A stretch of DNA of 13,312 bases from Paraspadella gotoi. Lineage: Eukaryota; Animalia; Chaetognatha. The position numbers and the translations under genes are program-made. Below, in pieces: positions 1 through 9,920 of this stretch (the first letter of the stretch is position 1; each line of letters begins with the position of its first letter). Location of the stretch: positions 1 to 13,312 of the forward strand of contig JBJCIZ010000912.1 in assembly GCA_051294375.1 (NCBI GenBank). Direction: 5' to 3'. Below the pieces are notes generated by a model. That model searched no databases, was not told the origin of the DNA, and saw only the letters and a list, made by a program, of their open reading frames with translations.

Positions 1-122
1 GCTGTAACACCAAGTTACAGGCGGTAAAGCGCCCCTCGTCCCTCTTAACTGCGACGACCAACCGGTTTGAACCCCGGACCTTTGGGTTGGGAGGTGAATG
101 ACTGCCTCCGCACCAATGCCGC
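1..122 (-). mobile_element. tRNA-derived SINE (tRNA-Gly-like head), probably truncated by the window edge
   Basis: The minus strand reads GCGGCATTGGTGCGGAGGCAGTCATTCACCTCCCAACCCAAAGGTCCGGGGTTCAAACCGG. It has an A-box-like TGGTGCGGAGG (105-115), a B-box GGTTCAAACC (64-73), a GCATTGGTG start and a CTCCCAA anticodon-like loop resembling eukaryotic tRNA-Gly. The cloverleaf arms do not pair, so it is not an intact tRNA. An unrelated tail with the hairpin CTGTAAC/GTTACAG (2-20) follows. Confidence 0.7.
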
Positions 123-172
123 TGATGGAACGTTGGTGTTATTTTTAGTCCACATACTTACTAAGATTCTTT

Positions 173-368
173 AAAAACAAAAGGCGGCGGTAGTAGTCGC
201 TTAGATTTGATTTTTAACAATGAGCTACAAACTATAGGCAAGTATAAGCGTTTTTAATGTAAAGTGGACAGACTGATGGATAGACATACCAACAGACCGA
301 CGGACCGACCGACCGAAAAGTGACCTTATAGAATTGCTCGCGAGTATCGCGGCCGCAAAACTAAAAAA
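173..368 (-). mobile_element. Short interspersed repeat family A, copy 1 (HINE/DINE-1-like non-autonomous Helentron)
   Basis: The reverse complement aligns end to end with 2383-2561. The layout is a T-run/TTAG terminus, an imperfect GC-rich inverted repeat, CTATAAG, a (GTCN)n microsatellite, an AT-rich body, and an end of GCGACT, a GC-rich stretch and a T-run. This matches the HINE/DINE layout. Confidence 0.65.
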
Positions 369-2382
369 CGATTCAACGGTTGATGTACATGTTCGTGGCC
401 ATATTCTTAATATAAGCGTCGGTTGCCCACACGCATGGGCTTTGGTCAACGATGTTTAACTCGTATAACGTAGAGAAAAGCTTTATTAAATGAAACCGTC
501 GCTTTTTTAAATCTTAAACCGCTCTAAACTTTTTATAAATTAATCTTTGCCGATGGAGCTACTAACCTTTATAGAGAAGCCTTTGGACTCGAGCCGTATT
601 TTTCCGGCGCAATCGACTCATAAAGGCTGAATTGCGAGCCGAGATAAGAGGCCGACGACGGGAAGAGGAGAGCGGGGGAAGAACGGATGACGAACGAGGT
701 GAGATCAAGGGAAGAAGGAAATCGCGACAGGAATGATAGAGATACGGAAACGTGGTTCATTCTTTTTCTAATCAGATTGTGTGTGGTGTTACTGTTGACT
801 GATGATTTAACATTGGAAAAGCTGTTACTGCTGGTCGTTTAGGTCATTCGGACATTGATCAGTTACATAACTTTTATCATTAAGTTCATTTAGCGTTATT
901 AAAGGTTTCAATTGAATCTTCATTATCCAAAAATGAGCATTGAGCAATGAGCAATGGCCGAAATATTAGAAAAAAATCATGACATGAATCCAGCGTTAAT
1001 TACTACTAATCGCGTTGGTTTCTCTTATTCTGATTGTCTGTTTTTAATTGTGAAATTGACATTCTTTCTCGAGCTCTTAAAATGCGCGATCATTCAAATT
1101 ACAAACTTTTTTTCATCGTACTTTATCCTTTCAATATAATGGGCTAACAGAACCGCGTTTACACGCGTCAAATAAAATTCTTTCGCGTCGGAGAGAAAGA
1201 AAAGACTGAAAATCATTTCAATTCTGAGCTCGATCCGGCGCCCCGTCGAAGGTTTTGGCCAGCGATTCATTAGTGAATCGAGTCAAAGGAGATTTAGCAT
1301 TGCCTATTTGCTTTTTTGCTTTTTTTTTGGTCTTTTTTGTTTCTTTGTACTTTTTGCCTTTCAGCTTTTTTTTTTTTTGTTCTTCTGGATCGTAAGGTCA
1401 ACGCCAACATTTCTTTGAAGTCTCTTATTTGCTTACTCCGTAAATATGATATTGTTCAAGTAGATATTATTTTGGCTTTTCAACGCAATTCAATTCGGAT
1501 TTTTTTTATTCTGGTTTGTTTCTTTGATTAATAATCGCTAAAACTATTTTCAAACGTTTTCTCTCTTCCACACACCCTTTTCTCTAAAAAGAAATTGGTT
1601 ATTTAACGGAATGAAATATTTTCTTCTTAATGCATCTTGCTCATTTGTTTTGCTGTCTTAGTTTAATCTTTCAGAAATTTCAAGTTATTCCAATTTTTTA
1701 AAAATCTTTTAATATAAGAAGTTTCATGATTTTAAAAAACGGTTATATTGGTTTTTCATAACAAGTCCTGTTTGTGTCACTTCGATAAAGCATTTTTAGC
1801 TATTGAAGCCGTTAAAGAAATGGCACAAGGTTCTTTCGATCCATTTACCAGTGACAACATCATTTTCTAGAATCTCACGTTTATCAAATCATTCAGCGGA
1901 TGATTCACGCTTAGTTTGCTGCTCGTTCATTCAGAATTACCAACGTGGCGGAAAGCAGTGATTTGTTTAAAAAAAAAGACTTTCAAATTGTACCGGTTAA
2001 TTATATGAATTTATTAAATGATATTTTAAATTGTGGTTGATTTTAAAAGTATTTTATTTATATTAATTAGCAGAATAAAAGCGGTGCTTAGTTTTTGTGT
2101 TCATAATCGGCTTCATGATTTATACGCAATCACAATCACACCCCGTTGTGTCTTCCGTCCTTGTCTCACATCCGTTTTGCGAATTTCGCGAAAAAACGGG
2201 AAATGATCATAGCGACGAATTTTTTGGTTTCGCCTTCTTTCATCTTTTTAAAACCACAACGAGAAAATAACGAGGCTCTTTCTCTTTCAACCTTTTTCTT
2301 TGTCTCACCACGCTTAACGGCGCTAAACTCGTTTCTCACTCTTCATATGCGTAGTCGTTCTCACTTCCATGGTCTTCAACCA

Positions 2383-2561
2383 TTTTTAGTTGCGCTGCGA
2401 GTTACTCGCGGAGCACTCTGTAAGTCGCTTTTCGTCTGTCTGTCCATCGATCTGTCCCACTTACCGTTAAAATGCATATACTAATTTCGCCTATATTAGG
2501 TTAGTCATTTTGTTAAGACAGAAAAACCTTCAAATTTAGGTGACTGCTTAGCGCCCTCTTT
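2383..2561 (+). mobile_element. Short interspersed repeat family A, copy 2
   Basis: TTTTTAGTTGCG...ACTCGCGGAGCA...TAAGTCGCTTTTCG(TCTG)n...TATACT...GCCTATA...TGTTAA...TCAAATTTAGGTGACT...CGCC is collinear with the reverse complement of 173-368. Confidence 0.65.
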
Positions 2562-3046
2562 AGGAAATCCTAAAACTATAAGAAATAAAAGACGGAATTT
2601 CGATGCAGTGCATGTCATAAAAATACACGGCTAAGAAAAATAAGTCAAGTGCGGCGAAAACACATTGAATCACCGTTCTTGTTTGGTTTGTTTGGTTTTT
2701 TTTTTGTCAATTTTCATTGCTCGTGAAACAAAGGGAGAAAAGCTGAATTTGAAGACTCATTGCTTCCCCTTTCCTATTTCTCTCTGGGTAACCTCTTTCA
2801 CTATGTCCCATACTCTTACTCTGTCCTCGAGATTTTCCTTTCAAAATCCATTCGCGTCTCTTGAAAATAACGTTTATGGTCGGTTCTCTCTCATTTTTCA
2901 TCGACGAACCCTTTTTATTTTACCAAATTTTCAGAAAATTAAGTAGCTTTTCTTTTTGGTTTTACTTTTCTTTTTGTATCTTTTCAAATTCCTTATCTTA
3001 TACACCTGTTTATATTTATTCCTATTTCAGCGTTCACATTTTAAAA

Positions 3047-3400
3047 TAGTACTCTGGTGGTTAGCGCGGAGCATAAATACAAGATATGGATAATTATGAC
3101 CTCTTTGTGCCCTTAATTTTTTGTATTGAATAATACTATGCCCCAAGATAAAAAAAAATGAAAATTTCCGTTCGCTCAATTTTCCCGTTCTCTCGATTTT
3201 AAAAAGCAATTTGATGCAAAAAATTGTAAAAAATAGCAAAATTGATATCAAAGAAAGCTGGGTTAAATTCACTTTTTTAATGAAATAAGTTTTAAAACAA
3301 AGAATTTAAACCCGTTTTCCATCCATAAAAGATAAAAAAATCTGTTTATATAAATATTGAGTGATTCTAAAAGTAAGTATTTTCATTAAAAATTGTTTTT
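3047..3400 (-). mobile_element. Interspersed repeat family B, copy 1 (diverged; terminal hairpin partly deleted)
   Basis: The reverse complement is collinear with about 5310-5665. Exact anchors: CAATTTTCCCGTT 3177-3189 vs AACGGGAAAATTG 5513-5525; TTGTGCCCT 3105-3113 vs AGGGCACAA 5589-5597; TAGCGCGGAG 3062-3071 vs CTCCGCGCTA 5627-5636. The boundary near 3400 is approximate. Confidence 0.65.
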
Positions 3401-4619
3401 AAAAATTAGAAAATGGAAAATAATACAAGCACATTAACGCAGTCAATATCCTTTTTAAAGCTTATAAAAGCTTTTAGTAGCTACACTCTAAACTGTATAC
3501 AGCTTATAATTAGCTTTACAAAAAAAATTAATTGATCTTACAAGCCTACCCATTACCACTCTCCCTCCCTTTCGTAGATCGCTTTTTTTATCAAAATGAA
3601 AAAAAATTCCATGAAACTATCGTTTTAAATAAGAACTACTTCGTATGTTAAATATTAGTACAATTAATAATAACATAATATAATTAATTATAATATAATT
3701 ATATAATAACTATTACATTGAATGCAAATTAATTTTAGATCAGAAGATGTTCTATCACTATTTTCATAAACCTTTACAAATTTTGTTTAAACATTTTGTG
3801 GCTCATTTTAGTCTGTTTATAACAAGGTGTTAATTTTTCAATAAATAAATAAATCCTAAATGTGTATTGCGCATGTGGCGGGCGTGTGGGCATAGCTATA
3901 GGGAAGAAAAAAGAAGCTCGAACGTCAGACGGGCGCGTGGATTCGATATCGCCATCTGAACTTTGGCCCATTTCTCGAGAAGAAAGGAAGCTCTGATTCA
4001 CTTGCACTCTCATCTCACGCTTGCAGTCGGGCGTTTGCAGAGTCGCTCGTCCAAAAATGGTTTTGACAAAGTCTCGCTGAACTTTATCTCCTCTGAGTGA
4101 ACATGAGAATTTTCCCGTAAGGTTCAACGTTTATTCTCGGTGACAGACGTGGCAAAACATGACAATAACGTGACAAAATAAAGTTGCGAAAACCCGTAAA
4201 AAATAACTGTTTTCGGACGCGAGCAACGACTTTCCAAAGAGTGGTCTAAAAACGGACTTAAAAGTCTGTCATAAAATTATAAAATAAACGTTTAAAATGA
4301 CCAACGTTTAAACGGGTCGAGATTGAGAGAGAGAAAAATGACCCTAAAAAATGATACGAAAAACGAGGCGAATTTCTCTTCACTCTCTTCTTTTCTCAAC
4401 TTTAACTTGCCAACTTTTTGGATTCAAACGACAAATATGCACTTGATGAAGAACAAATGACGTCCGAACATGTCTGCAAATAATAAAAAAATTTGTTGTG
4501 AAAATCCAAATTTGTTTTATTAAATTATCTCATTTAAAATATTTAATGATCAAACATTAGTAAACTAGATGGATAACCACAAAAACATTTGTTTGAAGCC
4601 AATTTGGTGCTTTGAATAG

Positions 4620-4712
4620 GTTCAGCTATCCCCGTGACATGCGAATGCTTAGGCCTTGAGCGCCCAAGAGGACCAGGCCTATGGAAAATGTGAGATGGGA
4701 GATTAAGCCCAA
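4620..4712. other. Small GC-rich island with a hairpin; possible degenerate relative of the 9921-10286 element
   Basis: Stem TAGGCCT (4650-4656)/AGGCCTA (4675-4681). The blocks GTGAC, ATGCG, AGG, GAGC, CCCAAG and GTGAGATG occur in the same order at 10193-10243. Confidence 0.3.
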
Positions 4713-5309
4713 ACAACTTGATCTTTGAATAACCATTTTCAATTTACTTAATTTTTATTGTTTAAAGTTTGTTTCATGCTTTTGTTTTTTATTCAGTTTA
4801 AAATTTTTCAAAATAATAAGAAAGGTTTTAAATTTTACTAAACCAAAAATTTGTAAATATTATAAAATAAAACCTCTCTGACTCTGTTTCTTATCTTAAC
4901 TCAATAAAATGGAAGAAAAAAAGAATATCAGACTTACCTTAAAGGGCAAAAATAGTGTGAGGTCGCCACGTGGGTGAAATGCCTGATGCCTTTTTATATC
5001 ATACAATCAAAACATTTTTATAATTTATTTTTCTTTTGTTTATATTATAAAAAGTTTTTAAATACCATTTGAATAATACACGATCCATAAATTTATTAGT
5101 TTCCTTAATCGCCTTATTTATTTAGTGTTTTCGCTTTATTTTTGTGGGTTCAAAAAATGAAAACTTTATATGATTAATAGATAAAAGTAATTTTTTACAA
5201 TGAAAACTTTATATAATCTCCTTATTTGATTATATATATTATATATATTATATTGAATTAAAACTATTCTTGATTAATTCATCTTTCTATTATTGAATTT
5301 TTTTGTATT

Positions 5310-5665
5310 TTTCTCAAAAAAATAACAATTTTAATAATATTTTAACATTATTTAATACAGTTTTTTATATTTATATAGTTGAAAAGGTGTTTAAATTACT
5401 TGTATTTAAGCTATATTTTTATAAAAATTATTATACTAACCACTTTTATTATATTTTTAAATTTGCTATTTTTTCGATTTTGGGATCTTATCGCATTATA
5501 AAAATCACTCTAAACGGGAAAATTGCCAAGCGAATTTTAATTTGTTGATCTTAAGGAAATAGTTTTACATGTGTTTCAAAAAATTAGGAGGGCACAAGAT
5601 GGTCTTTTATTATTTCTTGTATTTTACTCCGCGCTACTGGTGGTCCTATCACCACAGATGGTATT
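5310..5665 (+). mobile_element. Interspersed repeat family B, copy 2 (Helitron/Helentron-like 3' hairpin end)
   Basis: Homologous to 3047-3400 in inverted orientation. It ends in CTCCGCG, then the hairpin TGGTGGT-CCT-ATCACCA (5638-5654), then 11 nt ending in TT, which resembles a rolling-circle element terminus. The left boundary is approximate. Confidence 0.6.
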
Positions 5666-5677
5666 AAGCTTTTCCTT

Positions 5678-5900
5678 CGCAGCGCCTCCAGTGGCCTCAG
5701 TGGGACTAATGCACCATCCCAATGTGCGTCCCTTTTCGAAGCTGGGTTGTCATGTAGAAAGTGGGAGATGGACCGGTAACCCGCCTGTAGGCATGGCCTC
5801 CTGCCAGGATATCCAAAGCTCTGCGACTACATGGAACATGCGTCTTCGTCTGTCGCACGAGGTGACACCCGCTGCGGTGTGGCGCCGTAAACCGGCCTCT
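5678..5900 (+). ncRNA. Unclassified structured GC-rich element (structured RNA or SINE-like insertion)
   Basis: Nested stems: CGCAGCG 5678-5684/CGCTGCG 5870-5876; GCAC-CATCCCAAT-GTGC 5711-5727 inside GGGAC/GTCCC; GGGTTGTC 5744-5751/GGTAACCC 5775-5782; TGCGAC 5822-5827/GTCGCA 5852-5857. The start has an A-box-like TGGCCTCAGTGG and a degenerate TTCGAA. It shares motifs with 9921-10286. Confidence 0.45.
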
Positions 5901-6879
5901 TTCAGTTACTACATATATTTGGTTTTTTTTTCCATCGAAAATAATTCTTAAATACTTACAAATGTTGAGATCAAGAAAAAGATATTAATTCAATGATTCC
6001 AAAGTATTTTCTTTGTCAAAGAAGGAAAATTAATAGTTTGAAGCGACTGCCCTCTTTATTCTCTTTTTTTTTCCTTTCCATTCTTCCTGCCCTTTCCCGA
6101 CTCTCTTTTTTTCTCCTCACTCTCTCTTTGTCACGCTGCGAGTGTCGCGCTGTGTGATGCAAGGAAAGTTCTCCGACTGACTTTTTCTCGGTTTTCAATG
6201 GATTCATTAATTGCGAAATGAGCTCGGACCGTCTATGGGGAAGAGAAAGGGAACGGAGAGGCGAGAATAGATGAAGGGACAGTCTACACTTTACCGTATT
6301 TTTGTTTCACGAACGTTAAGCTTCTGTCGTTGCTAAGAATAATGTTTTTTTAAAATATTCTTAAACCATAAATCTGCGTTTCCCCCTTTTCGCTTTTGTT
6401 CGTTTAATTAAGAAGCGACGGTTTTCCAACCATCGCCATCGAATGCTTTCTTAATTTTCACCGCAAAAAAATTATGAAATAGAAAAAGCATATTTCTTCT
6501 CAGAAGAAAAAAAGGAGAGAAGAAAATAATTATTATTTGACTTAAGTACGTTTTGCGAAGCGATAATTATGTGCAGTGATTCACAATGATGATAGATTGT
6601 AGTATGGCGGTATAGCGGTACGTCACTTATTTGGGTTTTCTTGCGTTAATTTTGTTGAGTATTTAGTTTTCCTCCCCTTATTTTCCTTTAGTTTGTTCTT
6701 TTTGTTTTGCTTAACTTTTTTTCCTTCATTTTTCCTAAAATTGCCCTTATTTTTTTCTTTCTTTCTTGAAATGATTGCTTGCTTTCCTTTACTCTTTTTT
6801 CCCCCACTCTTTTCAAACTCATCCGTCGGAATCTTTTCGCCCTCTTTGAGTTAGTCTCCGAATTAGTTTCTCATGGAAG

Positions 6880-7322
6880 AAAGTCGACGTCGCGACTAGT
6901 CGCTCTTTTCAAGACGCCATCGTCGTTCGTCGTCGTTGTCACCAATGTCGCCATTTCAATCTCCGACGTCTTTGGACGTCTTCACGTCGCAATCATCGTC
7001 GTTGTTTTGTTTTCGTCGGTTGTTATCGTGATCGTTATCGTTGTCGTGGTTTGTCGGTGTTGCTGTCGTTTTACTTATGTTTTCGCAGCACGACTAAAAT
7101 ATTTCTCGAGGTTAAATATGTTCGTCCATCTCGTTATAATGGAACTCGGGCTTTGCTTTGCTGATTGCTGTTGCTTTCAGGCCTTAAACTCATAAAGTGA
7201 TAAGGAGTCACCGCGAGAAGATTCTTGAGATTCTCTCCGTTCGTTTGCCTTTCATCTTCCACGTGTCTGTTGTTGTTTGTTGTTGTTGTTGTTGTTGTCG
7301 TTATTGAGTCTGGTCGTCGTCG
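6880..7322. repeat. Low-complexity (GTC/GTT/ATC)-triplet region including a (GTT)n tract
   Basis: Degenerate TCG/TTG triplets at about 6915-7070 and (GTT)n at about 7268-7298. The Thr/Asp-rich minus-strand frame is interrupted by stops. Confidence 0.7.
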
Positions 7323-8237
7323 GTTAAGTTCTTCCCACTCGTCTGTTGGCCATAAATCTGTTAACTTTCGCGGGTTTTTTTTATAAAAAAGGACAAAAAC
7401 AGAAAAAAGCGGGCGCCCCGAGAAAAAAGCATAAAAGGATGGAAAACTTGAAGAAGAAAAAATAAGAATCATAACTAAATAATAGCCGTCTGAAGTCTTG
7501 AAACCTAAAAGTCAGAAAAGGATTGGTTGCTGTTCTGAAAGGATTTCAAATGATTTTTTAATTTCTTCAGCGTTTACCTTAATAAATGTAGTAAATGTTT
7601 TTCTAACTTTTCTCGTTTTTACAATTTTTTTCGCTTTACATTTGGTTTACTACTTTAGTTTTTACATTTATCGGACAAAGACTTTGTCGATAGTCTTTCC
7701 ATATCATTTTCTTTGAAATTATTTCATAATACACTGTATTTTATTTTTCTCTCGTCATGAAATTAATTAATACGCTGCAAAAAAATTGTTTTCATTTTTT
7801 GAAATTCAGGTCGTATCCTTTATAATTTTTCATATAATAAACGAGCTTAAGGTTGGGTTTTTTTTATTCAAGAACCTGTTTATGTTGCGCGGAAATAGAG
7901 CATATTTCGTATCTTATAAAAATAACTAAAACGTTAGGCGAGCTGAAAATTCTCGTTTTCGCTCGGATTTAACGATTCCCAAAGAGAAAAATGGCTCCGA
8001 AGAAAATGAAAATGATTAAGAAGTCATTAAAAAAAGCCCCACTTAATGTTTCTTCTTACGTTTCGGTCGAGATGAGAAACGGAATGAAATGATTTCTCTT
8101 CATCACGTGTCCATCTCAGTCGCCTTTAGAAAACCTCGTTTTCTGGCGCTCATTTCCGCGTCCGATTGCGTGATTTGAGGCGGGAAAGTTTAAATGATTT
8201 CTTCAATCGTCAAAACATTGATTTAAAATTATTCTTC

Positions 8238-8252
8238 TCCTCTCTCATCTCT

Positions 8253-8298
<46 letters not shown>
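8238..8298. repeat. (CT)n/(GA)n microsatellite
   Basis: Direct reading of the sequence. It produces the ERERER and LSLSLS ORFs. Confidence 0.95.
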
Positions 8299-8300
<2 letters not shown>

Positions 8301-8323
8301 CTCTCTCCCTCCCACCTCCCCAG

Positions 8324-8512
8324 CGACGGGCCTCTCCTCTTCCCCCATCCGAGTTTTCCTCTCCACCGTCGCGATCCTCGACATTTCTCTCTCTTGCTCA
8401 ACGACTTCGCCTTCATCTTCTCCTGGGAACGTCTTGAAAGCAGTGCTTCCACCTCTGGACGACGAGGCGCGACTGCAGTGCTGCGTCCTCGAGCCGCAGT
8501 TCTCTCTCACTG
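8324..8512 (+). CDS. Candidate internal exon of an unidentified gene (coding status uncertain)
   Basis: A long pyrimidine tract ending CTCCCCAG (8323) is followed by a 189-nt GC-rich segment (a multiple of 3) and the donor G|GTAAGC at 8513. Two of three frames are open, e.g. ...PGNVLKAVLPPLDDEARLQCCVLEPQFSLT. No domain is recognisable. Confidence 0.35.
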
Positions 8513-8928
8513 GTAAGCGAATCTCGTGCGGAAGGATTGCCCAAAACTGTGTTGATCCGATGAACCGTGATTAGTTGGATTGTCGAAAATCCTGGACGAT
8601 CTGTTTTTAGCTCTAGTAATCCTTCTTTTTCTACTATTGAATAAGTTTTGTCATTCTTAGGGTTTTTAAAATGGCAATTATCGGGTTTTTAAACGACAGC
8701 GATAACTTTTTTAACGGTTTGCTCCGTCGCGCATTTTATTTTTAAATGGGGAATAAATTCGGCGGAGCGCTGGAATGCTTTAAAAGTTTAAAGGAATATC
8801 GAGAAACTGCCTCACATTCAATCCATTCACAGAGGGGGAGCTCAAAGGCCCCTTCGAGCACAGTGTCATGCACGCTTGGGATTCGGCATCGGAAAAATTA
8901 TTTTAATCGCTATTATTGTAGATAAGGG

Positions 8929-9058
8929 CATTAGTAGAACTGGGTCCTGGGCTTGGAACTAGGCTCGGGGGTTTTTTCCAGGCCCCAAGGCTGTTTATAG
9001 CCGTCCTCACACTTGCCGCAGTTTTAAGTACCAGTAGGATCGATCCCAGTTCTTAATG
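8929..9058 (-). ncRNA. Twister-ribozyme-like motif (P5-type permutation, non-canonical)
   Basis: The minus-strand order is UGU-GA-GGAC...UAA-ACA-GC-[P3 CUUGGGG/CCCCGAG]-[P4 CCUA-GUUCCAAGCC-CAGG], closed by AGAACUGGG/CCCAGUUCU. Deviations: no P1 helix, an A-C mismatch in P4, and a core one nucleotide short. Confidence 0.35.
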
Positions 9059-9920
9059 GTCATAAGGTAATGGTTATTCAACTGACTTAACGGTTATGAC
9101 TGAAGACTGCTTATAGGCAGGGTAAATATTTTGTAACCCTACTATAATATACAATTATGTTATTTAATTTATTATCAATCGTATCGATATTTTACAATAC
9201 ATAATTACATGTATCTAATCTATCTATTATTTATTATTTCTCATAATTATCATATTTATTTTGTATTACTCAAAAAGAGTATTTCAAAACCGGTCCCTTG
9301 CGAATTTCCTCTCCCCGATATGCTGTTGCAGGAATGTGAGCCACATTTCGAACTCCCTTTTTCTCTTCACGACGCGTCCGGACTTTTCTCGAACGCCCTG
9401 TCGATAAATCCCCGAAGCGAAAAAGAAAAACGACAAACATAGGCGTTCCAGCGCATTATATTCCCCCATTTCCTTGATGTTTGTTGATAGATTCCGGGAT
9501 TTTTATTTAGTTTATTTATTCGGTTCATTTGGCGATTACTCAGAGTAAACAATTTACGAGGGAAAACTGAACTGGAATGTGCGGCGCGACCGACGACTCG
9601 CGCCCAAGAATTCTCGCGACGGACGCTCGCTTTACTTCTAACTGTCTCCGCTGACGTGAAACATCGCCTACTTCCATCTCTCTGCGGCTGGCAACGGCCA
9701 AGAAAACTTTCCCTTCACTCGCGTCGGTTCTACTACTTCGGTGTCACTCACCGCAGTCTGCTTTTTCTGACGTCAGATCTTCTGCGTCGGCTTCTTCTGA
9801 CAATCACTTATCGTATAAAAGTTTTAACATTCAACCGTTATCTCGCCAAGAAATGCATCAGAAAAAAATTACAAAGTCTTAACAAGTTAACAATTAGTTG
9901 AAGATGTAAAAAGGATATTA

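Noticed and set aside
799-830. CTGATGA...GAAA hammerhead-like words (CTGATGA also near 12686)
   Set aside because: The required stems I-III do not form.
3865-4125. GC-richer island with a TCAGACGG/CCATCTGA hairpin and a 117-aa minus ORF
   Set aside because: No recognisable protein or RNA motif, and no second copy in the window.
4938-4982. 45-nt minus-strand mini-exon with an AAG|GTAAGT donor
   Set aside because: The acceptor lacks a pyrimidine tract, and there are no supporting neighbouring exons.
5623-5891. Apparent outer stem TTTAC..GCGCTAC / GTGGCGC.GTAAA
   Set aside because: The left arm belongs to repeat family B, so the pairing is probably coincidental.
6892-6903. 12-bp palindrome GCGACTAGTCGC
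   Set aside because: Isolated within GTC/GAC-rich low-complexity DNA, so plausible by chance.
7134-7472. Minus-strand ORF with poly-Thr/Asn
   Set aside because: It is driven by the (GTT)n repeat, and adjacent similar sequence has in-frame stops.
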